A stretch of 64,000 nt of DNA, from NCBI GenBank assembly GCA_963850305.1, contig CAWKKR010000011.1, positions 96,001 to 160,000 on the forward strand, given 5' to 3'. Origin of the DNA: an uncultured delta proteobacterium. Lineage in GTDB: Bacteria; Myxococcota_A; Polyangia; Polyangiales; Polyangiaceae. The notes beneath the pieces were generated by a model. It searched no databases. It saw only the letters and a program-made list of their open reading frames with translations, and was not told where the DNA came from. Made by a program: the position numbers and the translations under genes. Positions within the stretch are counted from its first letter, which is position 1. Each line of letters opens with the position of its first letter. Positions 20,659-29,796 of this stretch are shown here, piece after piece.

Positions 20659-21531
20659 ATGCAGTTCTCCTGCGACCAATGTGCGACGCGCTACTCGGTT
20701 CCCGACGAACGGGTGCGCGGCAAACGCGTGCGCACGAAGTGCCGCAAATGCGGGGGCGAGATCATCGTGGTGGGACCACCCGGCCCCCCGGCGAGCGGCG
20801 CGACGTCGATATCGATTCCGCCCGCGCCTCCGTCGGAAGTCGCGGGACCTGCACCGGGCCCACCGGAAACGACGCCCGACAGATCCGCACCAGCAAACCC
20901 TCCCCCTCCTGCTCCACCCGAGCCGCGCCCGGGTTCGTTCGACTTCGACGACGAAGCGACGGCCGTGATCGCGCCCGATCGCGCCCGGGAGCTTCTGGAA
21001 GCGGAAGCAGCGAAGAGCGAGGAGCCGCCGGAGTCCGAGGCGCCCGAGACCCCCCTCGCGTTCGGGTTCGACGATGAGTCGACGAAGGTCTTCGATTCTG
21101 CGAACGCGGAAGCCTCGATGGGCGGCGAACCTCCCGAGATCGGACCGACGCCCCCGGCGCCGGATACCCTCGAGCCTCCCGGGCCAGCGCAGTCCTCCGA
21201 CGCGACGGCAGACACGACGCCGAAGGCCGACGCAGACGCTCCGGGGCGCGAGGAGCCGAGCATCGTCGTCGCCGAAGGCGTCGGAGCGACCAAGCCGAGG
21301 CCGAAGGCGAAGGCGCCCACCCCACCGCCGGAACCGCCGAAGCTCTCGACTGCGCACGACATCATCGGTTTGCAGAACGAACCGACACGGGTGGTGCGCC
21401 TGCGAAAGCAGGGAATGGGCGGGAGTTTCTGGATCGTCCTGTTCCTCGCGCTCGCGGCGGCTGCGGCGGGCGGCTTCGTCGCTTCCCAGCTCCTGGAGCA
21501 TCCGGCGCATCGCGGGCACCCGAAGCCATGA
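20659..21531 (+). CDS. Zinc-ribbon (MJ0042-finger-like) domain protein with Pro/acidic linker and C-terminal TM helix
   Basis: MQFSCDQCATRYSVPDERVRGKRVRTKCRKCG; low-complexity linker; FWIVLFLALAAAAAGGF. Confidence 0.8.
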   Translation: MQFSCDQCATRYSVPDERVRGKRVRTKCRKCGGEIIVVGPPGPPASGATSISIPPAPPSEVAGPAPGPPETTPDRSAPANPPPPAPPEPRPGSFDFDDEATAVIAPDRARELLEAEAAKSEEPPESEAPETPLAFGFDDESTKVFDSANAEASMGGEPPEIGPTPPAPDTLEPPGPAQSSDATADTTPKADADAPGREEPSIVVAEGVGATKPRPKAKAPTPPPEPPKLSTAHDIIGLQNEPTRVVRLRKQGMGGSFWIVLFLALAAAAAGGFVASQLLEHPAHRGHPKP

Positions 21532-22244
21532 GTCTCGCCGTCGCGGCGGTCGTACCGGCATTCAACGCGGCACGGACCATCGACGCGGTCGTCCGCGGGT
21601 TGCTCGCCGAAGCACCCTGGCGAGACGGGAACCCCGTCGTCGTCGTGGACGATGGCTCCACGGATGAGACCACCGAGGCGGCCAGAGCGGCGGGAGCCGT
21701 CGTCCTCGGTCACGACCGGAACCGGGGCAAGGGAGCCGCGCTTCGCACCGGATTCGAACGCGCCCTAGCACTCGGCGCGGCGGCGGTCGTCACGGTGGAC
21801 GCGGACGCACAGCACTTCCCGGTCGAAGCCGCGAAGCTTGCGCTCTCGGCGGCCCCTCGCGACGCGCTGGTGCTCGGGGTTCGCGATCTCGTGCGTGACG
21901 GCGCGCCCCGCGCGAATCGATTCTCGAACGGTGTCTCCAATTTCTTCGTCTCGCACTTCGCTGGACGGGCGCTGCGGGACACGCAATGCGGGCTCAGGCG
22001 CTATCCGCTCCCCGAGACGCTCGCCCTCGGCGCGACCGACGATGGCTACGCGTTCGAGACCGAGTGCGTGCTCCGCTTTGCACGTGCGGGCCTTGCAATC
22101 GTCGAGGTCCCGGTGCGCGTGTATTATCCCCCGGAGACGGAGCGCATCACGCACTTCCATGCCGTGAGAGACCCGGCAAGAATCGTCTACCAGGTCGTCG
22201 CGACGGTCGCGAGGACACGACGGCGCACCGTTCGAGTCCGATGA
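21528..22244 (+). CDS. Glycosyltransferase family 2 (DPM-synthase-like)
   Basis: VVPAFN, VVDDGSTD, NRGKGAAL, DADAQH and DTQCGLR motifs. Confidence 0.9.
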   Translation: MSLAVAAVVPAFNAARTIDAVVRGLLAEAPWRDGNPVVVVDDGSTDETTEAARAAGAVVLGHDRNRGKGAALRTGFERALALGAAAVVTVDADAQHFPVEAAKLALSAAPRDALVLGVRDLVRDGAPRANRFSNGVSNFFVSHFAGRALRDTQCGLRRYPLPETLALGATDDGYAFETECVLRFARAGLAIVEVPVRVYYPPETERITHFHAVRDPARIVYQVVATVARTRRRTVRVR

Positions 22245-23614
22245 AACGGCGCTGCGTGGCCTCGCTCGTCCTTCTTATCCCCTGCGCGCTCTTCGCCTTT
22301 CACCAGGTGCTCCGCGCCGTCTCGCGGATTGTCCCGCCGCCGGTGGACGTTCCCCTGTTTCCGGTGTTCCACGACGGAAACGTCCGCCGCGCGGGCCCGG
22401 GTTCGGCACGGAGCGTCGGCAAGATCCTCGAGGTGCGCCTCCGCGGGACACCGGAGGCGATCGGCGCCGAGCACGCCGCGCTGCTTCACGAGGAGATGGC
22501 GGAGACCGAACGAGTCGTGTGGGACGTCTTCGCGCAGAAGGTCACGAATCCTTTCGCGCGATTCCTTCTTCTCGACGCGGGCCAGTTTGCTTACCGAAAG
22601 GTCGCGACGGGGATGTCCGATGAGTGGCGCCGCGAGCTCGCCGCGACCGCCGCGCGCTTTCGACCCGATCCGTTCGAGGATCGCTTCGAGACGTTCCAGC
22701 GATTCGTATACCTGGCGACGCTTTACGATATCTCCCTCGCGTACGAGGCGTCGCCGCTCGTCGGGTGCACGACGTTCACGGTTTCGGGGTCCGCGGCGGC
22801 ATCCTCGCCAATCCTCGCCCGGACGTTCGACATGGAAGTGAGCGACGTGTTCGACCGGAAGAAGGCCGTCTTTCTCGTCAGCGAAGACGGCCTCATCCCG
22901 TTCGCGTCCGTCGCGTGGCCCGGCCTCGTCGGCGTCGTGAGCGGGATGAACCGGGAAGGGCTCGCCGTGGTCGTGCACGGCGCGCGGGCCGGGCCGACTC
23001 ATACGGTCGGGGAACCTCTCGTCGAGGAGCTCCGGAGACTCCTCTCTCGCACGAGGACGACGGAAGAAGCCGTCGACGCCCTCCGCGAGACCAATCCGCT
23101 CGTGAGCCACATCGTGGTCGTGATGGACGCCGCCGGGCGCGCCGCGGAAGTCGAGCGAGTGCCCGGCGCGCCGCCGTTCGTACGGTTCCTCGGCGAGCGT
23201 GCCGTGGTCACGAATCACCTCGAGGGGCCGTTCGCCTCGGACCCGAAGAACGTGCGCATCCGGCAGAGCACCACGACGCTCGCACGACGCGCGCGTGGAG
23301 AAGAGCTGTTGCGAGAGCTCTCGAAGCCTGCGGACGCGGTCGATGCCGTGTCCTGGCTGCGCGATCGCCGCGCGGTGGGCGGCGCGCCGCTGGCGCTCGG
23401 AGATCGTCGGGCGATCGACGCTCTCATCGCGACGCACGCCGTCGTCATGGAAACCGCGAAGCGACGGCTCTGGGTGAGCGAGGCGCCGCACGTGCTCGGG
23501 CGGTTCGTCGCGTTCGATCTCGGGCCCCTGCTGGACCCGAACCTCTCGCCGAGCGAGGAGCCGCCGCACGAGGTGATCGCGGCGGACCCGCTGGGGAAGA
23601 GCCCTTCGCCGTGA
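22241..23614 (+). CDS. C45 family Ntn-hydrolase (acyl-CoA:6-APA acyltransferase-like)
   Basis: Autoproteolysis site GCTTF, ARTFD, SGMNREGL and VTNH motifs; N-terminal hydrophobic segment; ATGA overlap with the GT2 gene. Confidence 0.8.
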   Translation: MKRRCVASLVLLIPCALFAFHQVLRAVSRIVPPPVDVPLFPVFHDGNVRRAGPGSARSVGKILEVRLRGTPEAIGAEHAALLHEEMAETERVVWDVFAQKVTNPFARFLLLDAGQFAYRKVATGMSDEWRRELAATAARFRPDPFEDRFETFQRFVYLATLYDISLAYEASPLVGCTTFTVSGSAAASSPILARTFDMEVSDVFDRKKAVFLVSEDGLIPFASVAWPGLVGVVSGMNREGLAVVVHGARAGPTHTVGEPLVEELRRLLSRTRTTEEAVDALRETNPLVSHIVVVMDAAGRAAEVERVPGAPPFVRFLGERAVVTNHLEGPFASDPKNVRIRQSTTTLARRARGEELLRELSKPADAVDAVSWLRDRRAVGGAPLALGDRRAIDALIATHAVVMETAKRRLWVSEAPHVLGRFVAFDLGPLLDPNLSPSEEPPHEVIAADPLGKSPSP

Positions 23615-23658
23615 AGGGCGGAGGGCGCAGGGCGCTCTGCGGATCTCCATGCGTGCGC

Positions 23659-24825
23659 TCACGAACTCATACCGAACCAGGCACCGCCGCAGGCGAGGCC
23701 GAACGCGACGGGCGCAATCGCCAGCGCGAAGATGACGGCCGCCGGCGCCGTCACGGCCAGCAGCACGGTCGTCCCGGCGATCGCGACGATCGAGGCGAGC
23801 GCGGGCTCGAGCACGCCGCGGGTGCCGCTCGCGCGGGCGACGAGATACCCGGCGAGGGGGAACGCGCCGAGAACTGCCGCACCGAGGAACAGGAGGGGGC
23901 CGTTCGATCGCATGTCCGCCTCGTCCGCCGCGGAGAGGTCGATGCCGAGCCTCCGCGCGACGGCGACCGCGACGGCCATGCAGACAATCACGGCCCCGAC
24001 ATTGACGAACGCGCCGAACGCGATCCATCGGACGACGAGCGGCTGTTCGTTGCGCTTCAACGCCCGGCGAACGGCGCGAAGGGACGGCGGCTCCGGCAGG
24101 TGGAGCGGCAAGATCGAGTGACGGTCGTCCGCGAAGGGTGCGATATCGCGGAGGGCGCTCCACGCTACGAGCCCCATCGCGATGAGCATCGGCAGCGCGA
24201 TGACGAGCATGCCGGGACCGCGTCCGAACACGATGTGGTCGTAGAGCGCGTGCCCCGCGACGGCGAAGAGCCACGCAGGGCCGAACCAGCGCGCGCGGTG
24301 GTGGATGCGACGGCCGAGCGCGTACCCCCAGATGCCCGCGAAGAACGGGTGTGCGAAGATCCCCGCGAGCGCGCGCACGACCCGGACGAAGGTGAGCGGC
24401 TCGCTCACGAGATAAGCCGCCGTGTCGGAGGCCGCAAAGCCCGACGCCGCACACACGGCGAACGTCGCGATCACCCAGGGGCCGTCGGATCTCCGTGCCA
24501 TGGCCGCGGGCCAGACGACCAGCACCTTGGCCGCTTCCTCCAGCGGCGACACCATCAGGAACAGCGCGAGGAGAGCCGCCGGGCCCGTGGTGGCGCCGGT
24601 GATGGCGCCCGGTGTCGTCGTGATTTCGACGGAGAGCTCGGTGAACCCGAGGATGGCCCGCTCCGCGAAGCACGCCGCGAGTCCGGCGCACGCGCCGCCG
24701 AAGACGAGCGCCCCGGCGACGGTCCACGATACCGGCCGCTCGCGGCGAACGAATCGCACGAACCGGCCCGCGGCACCAATCGTAAGTGCGGCGAGGACGA
24801 GCGCCAGCGCGACTCTAGAGATCAT
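23659..24825 (-). CDS. PrsW family glutamic-type intramembrane protease
   Basis: PLEEAAK, GFAASD, AHPFFAGIWG and HALYD motifs in a multi-TM protein. Confidence 0.8.
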   Translation of the reverse strand: MISRVALALVLAALTIGAAGRFVRFVRRERPVSWTVAGALVFGGACAGLAACFAERAILGFTELSVEITTTPGAITGATTGPAALLALFLMVSPLEEAAKVLVVWPAAMARRSDGPWVIATFAVCAASGFAASDTAAYLVSEPLTFVRVVRALAGIFAHPFFAGIWGYALGRRIHHRARWFGPAWLFAVAGHALYDHIVFGRGPGMLVIALPMLIAMGLVAWSALRDIAPFADDRHSILPLHLPEPPSLRAVRRALKRNEQPLVVRWIAFGAFVNVGAVIVCMAVAVAVARRLGIDLSAADEADMRSNGPLLFLGAAVLGAFPLAGYLVARASGTRGVLEPALASIVAIAGTTVLLAVTAPAAVIFALAIAPVAFGLACGGAWFGMSS

Positions 24826-24849
24826 CGCCGCACTCGAGGATCGCCGGTA

Positions 24850-25641
24850 TCAAAAGTGGAGTCCGATGACCGCCGTGCCGGTGAGCGCACCGCCGACGCT
24901 CGAGCCACTGGCCTTGTAGATGTCGCCCGCGGCTGCCTGGGCCTGCTGCGGGTTGGTGCTGGCACCGGTGGAGGATACCGTTTGAAGAGCCGAGATGCTG
25001 ACGCCCGGCCGCGTGAGCTCGAGGACCTCGCCGGTGACGCTTGCGCCGATGGAGAACCAGTGCGTGATGTAAATGTCGAGACCGCCGCCGCCGCGGATGT
25101 CGTAACCGGTGACGGACACGTCGCCAGCGCTGACACCACCCAGGTTCGCGGCACTGAATGCGCCGAGCGACGCATACCCGCCGCTGACCGTGAAGTACGG
25201 CTCCACGACGCCGAGCGGAACGCGGAGACCTACCTCGCCGTCGAGCGTCCACACCTGGTAGTTGCTGAAGGAGCCGAGCCGGAACCTCGCGCCGAGCGTG
25301 ATGAACACGATGCGGATTCCGGCGCCCGCGCCGTAGAGCACGCCGGTCTGGGTCGAAGGGACCACCTTGGAGTCGAAGAGATTGCTGGTAGCCTTGAACG
25401 TCTCGAGCCCGAGGTGCTCGAAGCCGATTTCGCCGTTCAGGTAGATCCACTCGAGGCCGCTCCCGCCTTTCTTCTGGCCCTCCGAGTCGGGTTTCTGCTC
25501 CGTTTCGGTAGAACCGGGCTCTCCCTTCGCGGGCGCCGCCGGCGTGGTCGCGGGTTGCTCCTCATCGTCCCCTTGAGCAGCCGCCACCCTCTCCGTCGCG
25601 AGCCCCGACAGCAGAACGCACGTCAGAAGAGCAAACTTCAT
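24850..25641 (-). CDS. Putative outer-membrane beta-barrel protein
   Basis: Signal peptide MKFALL...AAA, alternating hydrophobic beta-strand pattern, C-terminal IGLHF. Confidence 0.6.
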   Translation of the reverse strand: MKFALLTCVLLSGLATERVAAAQGDDEEQPATTPAAPAKGEPGSTETEQKPDSEGQKKGGSGLEWIYLNGEIGFEHLGLETFKATSNLFDSKVVPSTQTGVLYGAGAGIRIVFITLGARFRLGSFSNYQVWTLDGEVGLRVPLGVVEPYFTVSGGYASLGAFSAANLGGVSAGDVSVTGYDIRGGGGLDIYITHWFSIGASVTGEVLELTRPGVSISALQTVSSTGASTNPQQAQAAAGDIYKASGSSVGGALTGTAVIGLHF

Positions 25642-25753
25642 CCGAAGCAGCGTAACACGGCGCCCCTCGCGAGCGAGCCCGCCGTGGCTCGCGGCGACTC
25701 GAGGGCGACCGAACATCCCCTCGAAACTGTCCGCGAAGCCTGCAGGTGTGGCG

Positions 25754-25978
25754 CTAACGTATGCGCCTCTTGAAACACCACAGAACGTTATCGGCGTTGC
25801 CGGCCGCTGCGGCCATCTCCCACCCCTCCTTACCGAGCTCGCTCGACGAATGCGCGACCCCGCCCCAGGCGTCGATGCAGCGGTATTCCCACCGGACGGG
25901 AGTACGCGAGGAGGAGTCGGGCATGCACCCCGTCGTCGGCAAAGCCATGAGCGCCATCGGGACGAGAATTCGGTACAT
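25754..25978 (-). CDS. Small lipoprotein, DUF4177-like
   Basis: Signal ending TTGC; RWEYRC...ELGKEGWEM...CFKR pattern. Confidence 0.55.
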   Translation of the reverse strand: MYRILVPMALMALPTTGCMPDSSSRTPVRWEYRCIDAWGGVAHSSSELGKEGWEMAAAAGNADNVLWCFKRRIR

Positions 25979-26049
25979 CGTGACTGGCCTCGGAGTCGTG
26001 CTGAGGAATCTGACCCATATCACCATCCGTGGCATAGTCGCGACGGAAC

Positions 26050-27042
26050 GTGATTCGCTACCGCATCGTACGTGTCTGGGACCGAGCGGTGCACCTCTGG
26101 GCGCAGATTCTTTATCTGAACCCTGCGGCGAGTCTCGCGCGCCACGGGGTGCGGCTCGTGCGCGACGTGGCCTATCGCGATACGGGACGTCGCGGGCATC
26201 TTCTGGACGTGTACGTACCGGAGGGCGCGCATTCGCCGCCGGCGGTGCTCTACGTGCACGGGGGCGGCTTCGCGATGCTCAGCAAAGAGACGCACCGGGT
26301 GATGGCGCTGGAGTTCGCGCGACGAGGCTACGTCGTGTTTCTCGCGAACTATCGCATCGGGCCCACGCACCGCTATCCGGAGCCGCTCGAGGACGTCGTG
26401 GCGGCACTCGGCTGGGTCGCGGACCACGCGCGCGAATACGGGGCGGACGCGAACAAGCTGGTCCTTGCGGGCGAATCCGCGGGTGGCAATCTCGTGACGA
26501 CGCTGGCGTATCTCGCGACGCACCCGACTTCCGAGCCCTTTGCGCGAGCGCTGTACGATCGGGCGCTCCGACTCTCGGCGGTGCTCACGGTCTACGGGTT
26601 CCTGGATCTCCAGAACCTGGAGCGATTCGCGAACCCGCGCCTCCCCTGGTACGTGAAGCGGACGATCCTCGACGCGGCCGCGTCGTACGTCGGTCGCCCC
26701 GTGCGAAAGCGGGCGAAGGAAGCCACGCTCGCAAGCCCGCTCCGCCTCCTTGCGAGCGATCCGCCGGAGGGCGCACGTCCGCTGCCGCCGTTCTTCATCG
26801 CGTGCGGCACCGCGGATCCGCTCCTGGGGGATTCGCGGAAGCTTCACGCGATTCTCGACGCACGCGGCGTCCCCAACGAGCTATCGATTCACCCGGACGA
26901 GATCCACGGCTTCAACGCCATGCTGTGGCGGCGAGAGGCCCGCGCGATGTGGCGCGCCGCGTTCGCGTTCCTGGCGCAATGGGCCCCTTCAGTCTCGCCG
27001 AAGAGCGACAGCTACGATTCGGCTCCTGTTCAGGTTCACTGA
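26050..27042 (+). CDS. Alpha/beta hydrolase, HSL-type esterase/lipase
   Basis: HGGGF oxyanion motif, GESAGG nucleophile elbow, GTADPL and HGF. Confidence 0.9.
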   Translation: MIRYRIVRVWDRAVHLWAQILYLNPAASLARHGVRLVRDVAYRDTGRRGHLLDVYVPEGAHSPPAVLYVHGGGFAMLSKETHRVMALEFARRGYVVFLANYRIGPTHRYPEPLEDVVAALGWVADHAREYGADANKLVLAGESAGGNLVTTLAYLATHPTSEPFARALYDRALRLSAVLTVYGFLDLQNLERFANPRLPWYVKRTILDAAASYVGRPVRKRAKEATLASPLRLLASDPPEGARPLPPFFIACGTADPLLGDSRKLHAILDARGVPNELSIHPDEIHGFNAMLWRREARAMWRAAFAFLAQWAPSVSPKSDSYDSAPVQVH

Positions 27043-27197
27043 AGCTTTCTGCTTCGGGTGCATCAGCAAGCTGACCGTTGAGCTCGATCGGCTCGATTTC
27101 GCGCGCTGGACTTCGAGCCGGGGCATACTGATCGGTACAGTTATTCCGCGGGCCCCTCGCAGCGGCCGACCTTCACCAGCGGGATTGCAAAAGGCGC

Positions 27198-28337
27198 ATG
27201 AAGCACGTTCTCGTCTCTTCCTTCACGCTCGTGACGGCACTCGCCGCCGCCGGGTGTGGCAGCACCAGTAACAAGCCTTCGGAGACTGCCGACGCCGCCA
27301 CCGGGCCGTGCGGTGTCGGAAAGCCGAGCGGGTTTCCCGGCGACTCGCAGTGCTTGATGCCTCCGGATCCGGACGTCGGTCTGCAGCTCCACGTCGGGCC
27401 GACGGACTACGACGATCCGGATCAGATCTGGATCGTGGAACCGAGCGCCGAGCCAACGCAGAACTACCACATGTACACGCCGAACACCGACGACGTGTAC
27501 TTCTTCGATCAGCAGTACCGGATGCGACCCGGCTCGCATCACATGATCATCTCGACGTCGGGCGACACGACCTCGCCGGAAGGCTGGACGGATTCGGAAG
27601 GCAACATCGTCGGAGCCATCGGCGGCACGCAGCACGAGACCGAAGATTTTCCGCCGGGCGGCGTCGAAGCACCCGAGGACAAGGGCCTCGGACACGAGCT
27701 GGCGGCCCACACGCCCCTCGACATTCAACTCCACTTCATCAACACCCTCGAGGAACCCGTGCTTCGCGAGGTCTGGGTCAACCTTCTCTACAAGCCGAAG
27801 AGCGAGGTGACGACCGTGCTCGGCTACCTCGGTGGATTCGCGCCAATCAACGTGCCCGCGAACTCGGTGGTGACGACCGGTGGCACGTGCACCTACGCAC
27901 AGGCGGTGCTGTCGCCGAACACGACGAGCGAGCGCATCGTCACCCTGTTCGGACACACGCACTCTCACACGACACGCTTCGTCGTGTACCGCGACAACGC
28001 GGATGGCACGACCGACACCGTGTACGACAACTACGATTGGTCGGAAGGGCCGACGTACACGTACAACTCCGTCGTGAAGAACCCCGTTCCGAACCCGACC
28101 GCGAAGCTCGCAGGCGCCACCAGCGGCGATCTGTTGCTGAACCCGGGCGACCAGCTCCGCTACGAGTGCGACATCACGAACGACACCGACCTCGCGCTGC
28201 CATTCGCCGAGCACGTCTACACTGCCGAGATGTGTAACCTGTTCGGCACGGTCGCGAGCCCCGGGTTCCCGTGCTTCGATCTCGCTGCGTTCGAGGCCAG
28301 GCAGAGCGGCGGCGACGCGGGCGTGGACGGCGGCTGA
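27198..28337 (+). CDS. Lipoprotein with copper type II ascorbate-dependent monooxygenase (PHM/DBH)-like motifs
   Basis: Lipobox AAGC; GSHHMII and QLHFIN (CuH-like), GHTHSH and EMC (CuM-like). Confidence 0.7.
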   Translation: MKHVLVSSFTLVTALAAAGCGSTSNKPSETADAATGPCGVGKPSGFPGDSQCLMPPDPDVGLQLHVGPTDYDDPDQIWIVEPSAEPTQNYHMYTPNTDDVYFFDQQYRMRPGSHHMIISTSGDTTSPEGWTDSEGNIVGAIGGTQHETEDFPPGGVEAPEDKGLGHELAAHTPLDIQLHFINTLEEPVLREVWVNLLYKPKSEVTTVLGYLGGFAPINVPANSVVTTGGTCTYAQAVLSPNTTSERIVTLFGHTHSHTTRFVVYRDNADGTTDTVYDNYDWSEGPTYTYNSVVKNPVPNPTAKLAGATSGDLLLNPGDQLRYECDITNDTDLALPFAEHVYTAEMCNLFGTVASPGFPCFDLAAFEARQSGGDAGVDGG

Positions 28338-28546
28338 CCGCCCGCGGACGGCCGCACGCCCGTTTTCAGCGGGAAGCGCGCGAGCGTGCCGGGCCTTGCC
28401 GGACCGGCTCTGGCAACCGGCTGGGGCGCGGAAAGGGCGTAAATCCTCCCGGCAAGACCGCGGGGCTGCGGAAACGTGCGGAGCTGCCGCTCATCGGCCT
28501 TGCGTCGCGGATGGAGGCCGGGCGAAGATTCTCGTCGAGTAACCCA

Positions 28547-29167
28547 ATGGCATCTTTCGCTCGCCTCGCGACCTTCTCGTTAGTCCTCCCGCTTTCGGTC
28601 GCTTGCTCGCTGATCGTCGACATCGATCGCAGCAAGATAAAGGCTGGACAAAGCAATGACGCCGGGGCCTACGACGCAAACTTCGGCTCCGGCGGCAGCG
28701 ACGCGAGCAGCGGCTCGGGCGGCAGCGTGAGCGCGGGCGGTTCGGGTACGGGCGGCCTTGGCGCAGGCGGTGCGGGCCAGGGTGGCATGGATTCGGGCCT
28801 GGATTCCGGCAACGGCGGCGGAAACCCGGGCGCGGGCGGCGCAGAGACCGGTGGCATCACGGGTTCCGGTGGCGCGGAGACCGGCGGCATCACGGGCTCC
28901 GGTGGCGCAGAGACCGGTGGCATCACGGGCTCCGGTGGCGCGGAGACCGGCGGCATCACGGGCTCCGGTGGCGCGGAGACGGGCGGCGCCACGGGTTCCG
29001 GCGGCGCGGAGACCGGTGGCGCCACGGGCTCCGGTGGCGCAGAGACCGGCGGTACCACGGGTTCCGGCGGCGCCACGGGCTCCGGTGGCGCAGAGACCGG
29101 CGGCACGTCGAACGACGCGGGGCCTGGCGACGCCGGCCCTGCCGACGCGGGCCACGACGCGAACTGA
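28547..29167 (+). CDS. Gly-rich low-complexity lipoprotein
   Basis: Lipobox-like SVAC followed by Gly/Ser/Thr repeats. Confidence 0.6.
   Translation: MASFARLATFSLVLPLSVACSLIVDIDRSKIKAGQSNDAGAYDANFGSGGSDASSGSGGSVSAGGSGTGGLGAGGAGQGGMDSGLDSGNGGGNPGAGGAETGGITGSGGAETGGITGSGGAETGGITGSGGAETGGITGSGGAETGGATGSGGAETGGATGSGGAETGGTTGSGGATGSGGAETGGTSNDAGPGDAGPADAGHDAN
28835..29110 (+). repeat. 33-bp coding tandem repeat (GGAETGG[I/A/T]TGS x7 plus partials)
   Basis: Units such as ggtggcgcggagaccggcggcatcacgggctcc with synonymous variation. Confidence 0.9.
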
Positions 29168-29224
29168 CAGGCCCAAGGTCCACACGAGCCGCGCATCGGC
29201 TTCGCGGGCGCTCGCTCTTCGGCG

Positions 29225-29785
29225 CTATCTCGTGCGACGCCGCAGCAGGCTGATTCCGATCGCGAGCGCGGCGGCACTGGCGAAACCGGCAACGCCGTCC
29301 ACGGGACCGCGCGGACTCACGCGAGCGCAGCCGTAGCTCGGCGTCGCGCCTTCGGCGCAGACCAGCGGCGCGCCCGGCGTCGGATCATCCGGATCGGTGG
29401 GAACGCCCTTGCCTTCGGGATCGCCCGTCGTGAGCTCCAGCATGTCCGGAGTGCCGTCACCGTCCGAGTCGAGCTTGTTCTGCGCGGCTTCATCGAGCGC
29501 GGGAGCCCAGGTGCCCTGGTCCGTTGGGTCGAGACCGTCGGGGAGCTGCGCCTTGAGGTTCATCCCCATTCCGGGATCGCCCGCCGTCGTCGTGCGCAGC
29601 GTATTGAAGCCGCCGCTGTTGTCCCTGTGGCAGATCGTGCACTGCGGCGTGCACGGCATCTCCCAATGCTTCTCCACGAACGCCGGCAGCAACGGGTCCG
29701 CGCGCGCCATCGACGCGCCGAGTGCGAACGCCACGGCCGCGAACGCAGCAGAGAATCTTCGAACGGAGGGGCTGAAGCGCGGCAT
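29225..29785 (-). CDS. Secreted monoheme c-type cytochrome with MYXO-CTERM-like anchor
   Basis: Signal peptide ending ARA, CTICH, DSDGDGTPD (Ca-binding-like), then GC, a spacer, a TM helix and RRRTR. Confidence 0.65.
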   Translation of the reverse strand: MPRFSPSVRRFSAAFAAVAFALGASMARADPLLPAFVEKHWEMPCTPQCTICHRDNSGGFNTLRTTTAGDPGMGMNLKAQLPDGLDPTDQGTWAPALDEAAQNKLDSDGDGTPDMLELTTGDPEGKGVPTDPDDPTPGAPLVCAEGATPSYGCARVSPRGPVDGVAGFASAAALAIGISLLRRRTR

Positions 29786-29796
29786 CGGCGGCAGGG

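Noticed and set aside
22187..25773. Very long ORFs 22624-25773 (+) and 22187-24727 (-)
   Set aside because: Arg/Ala-rich shadow frames over recognisable genes (C45, PrsW, OMP), typical of high-GC DNA.
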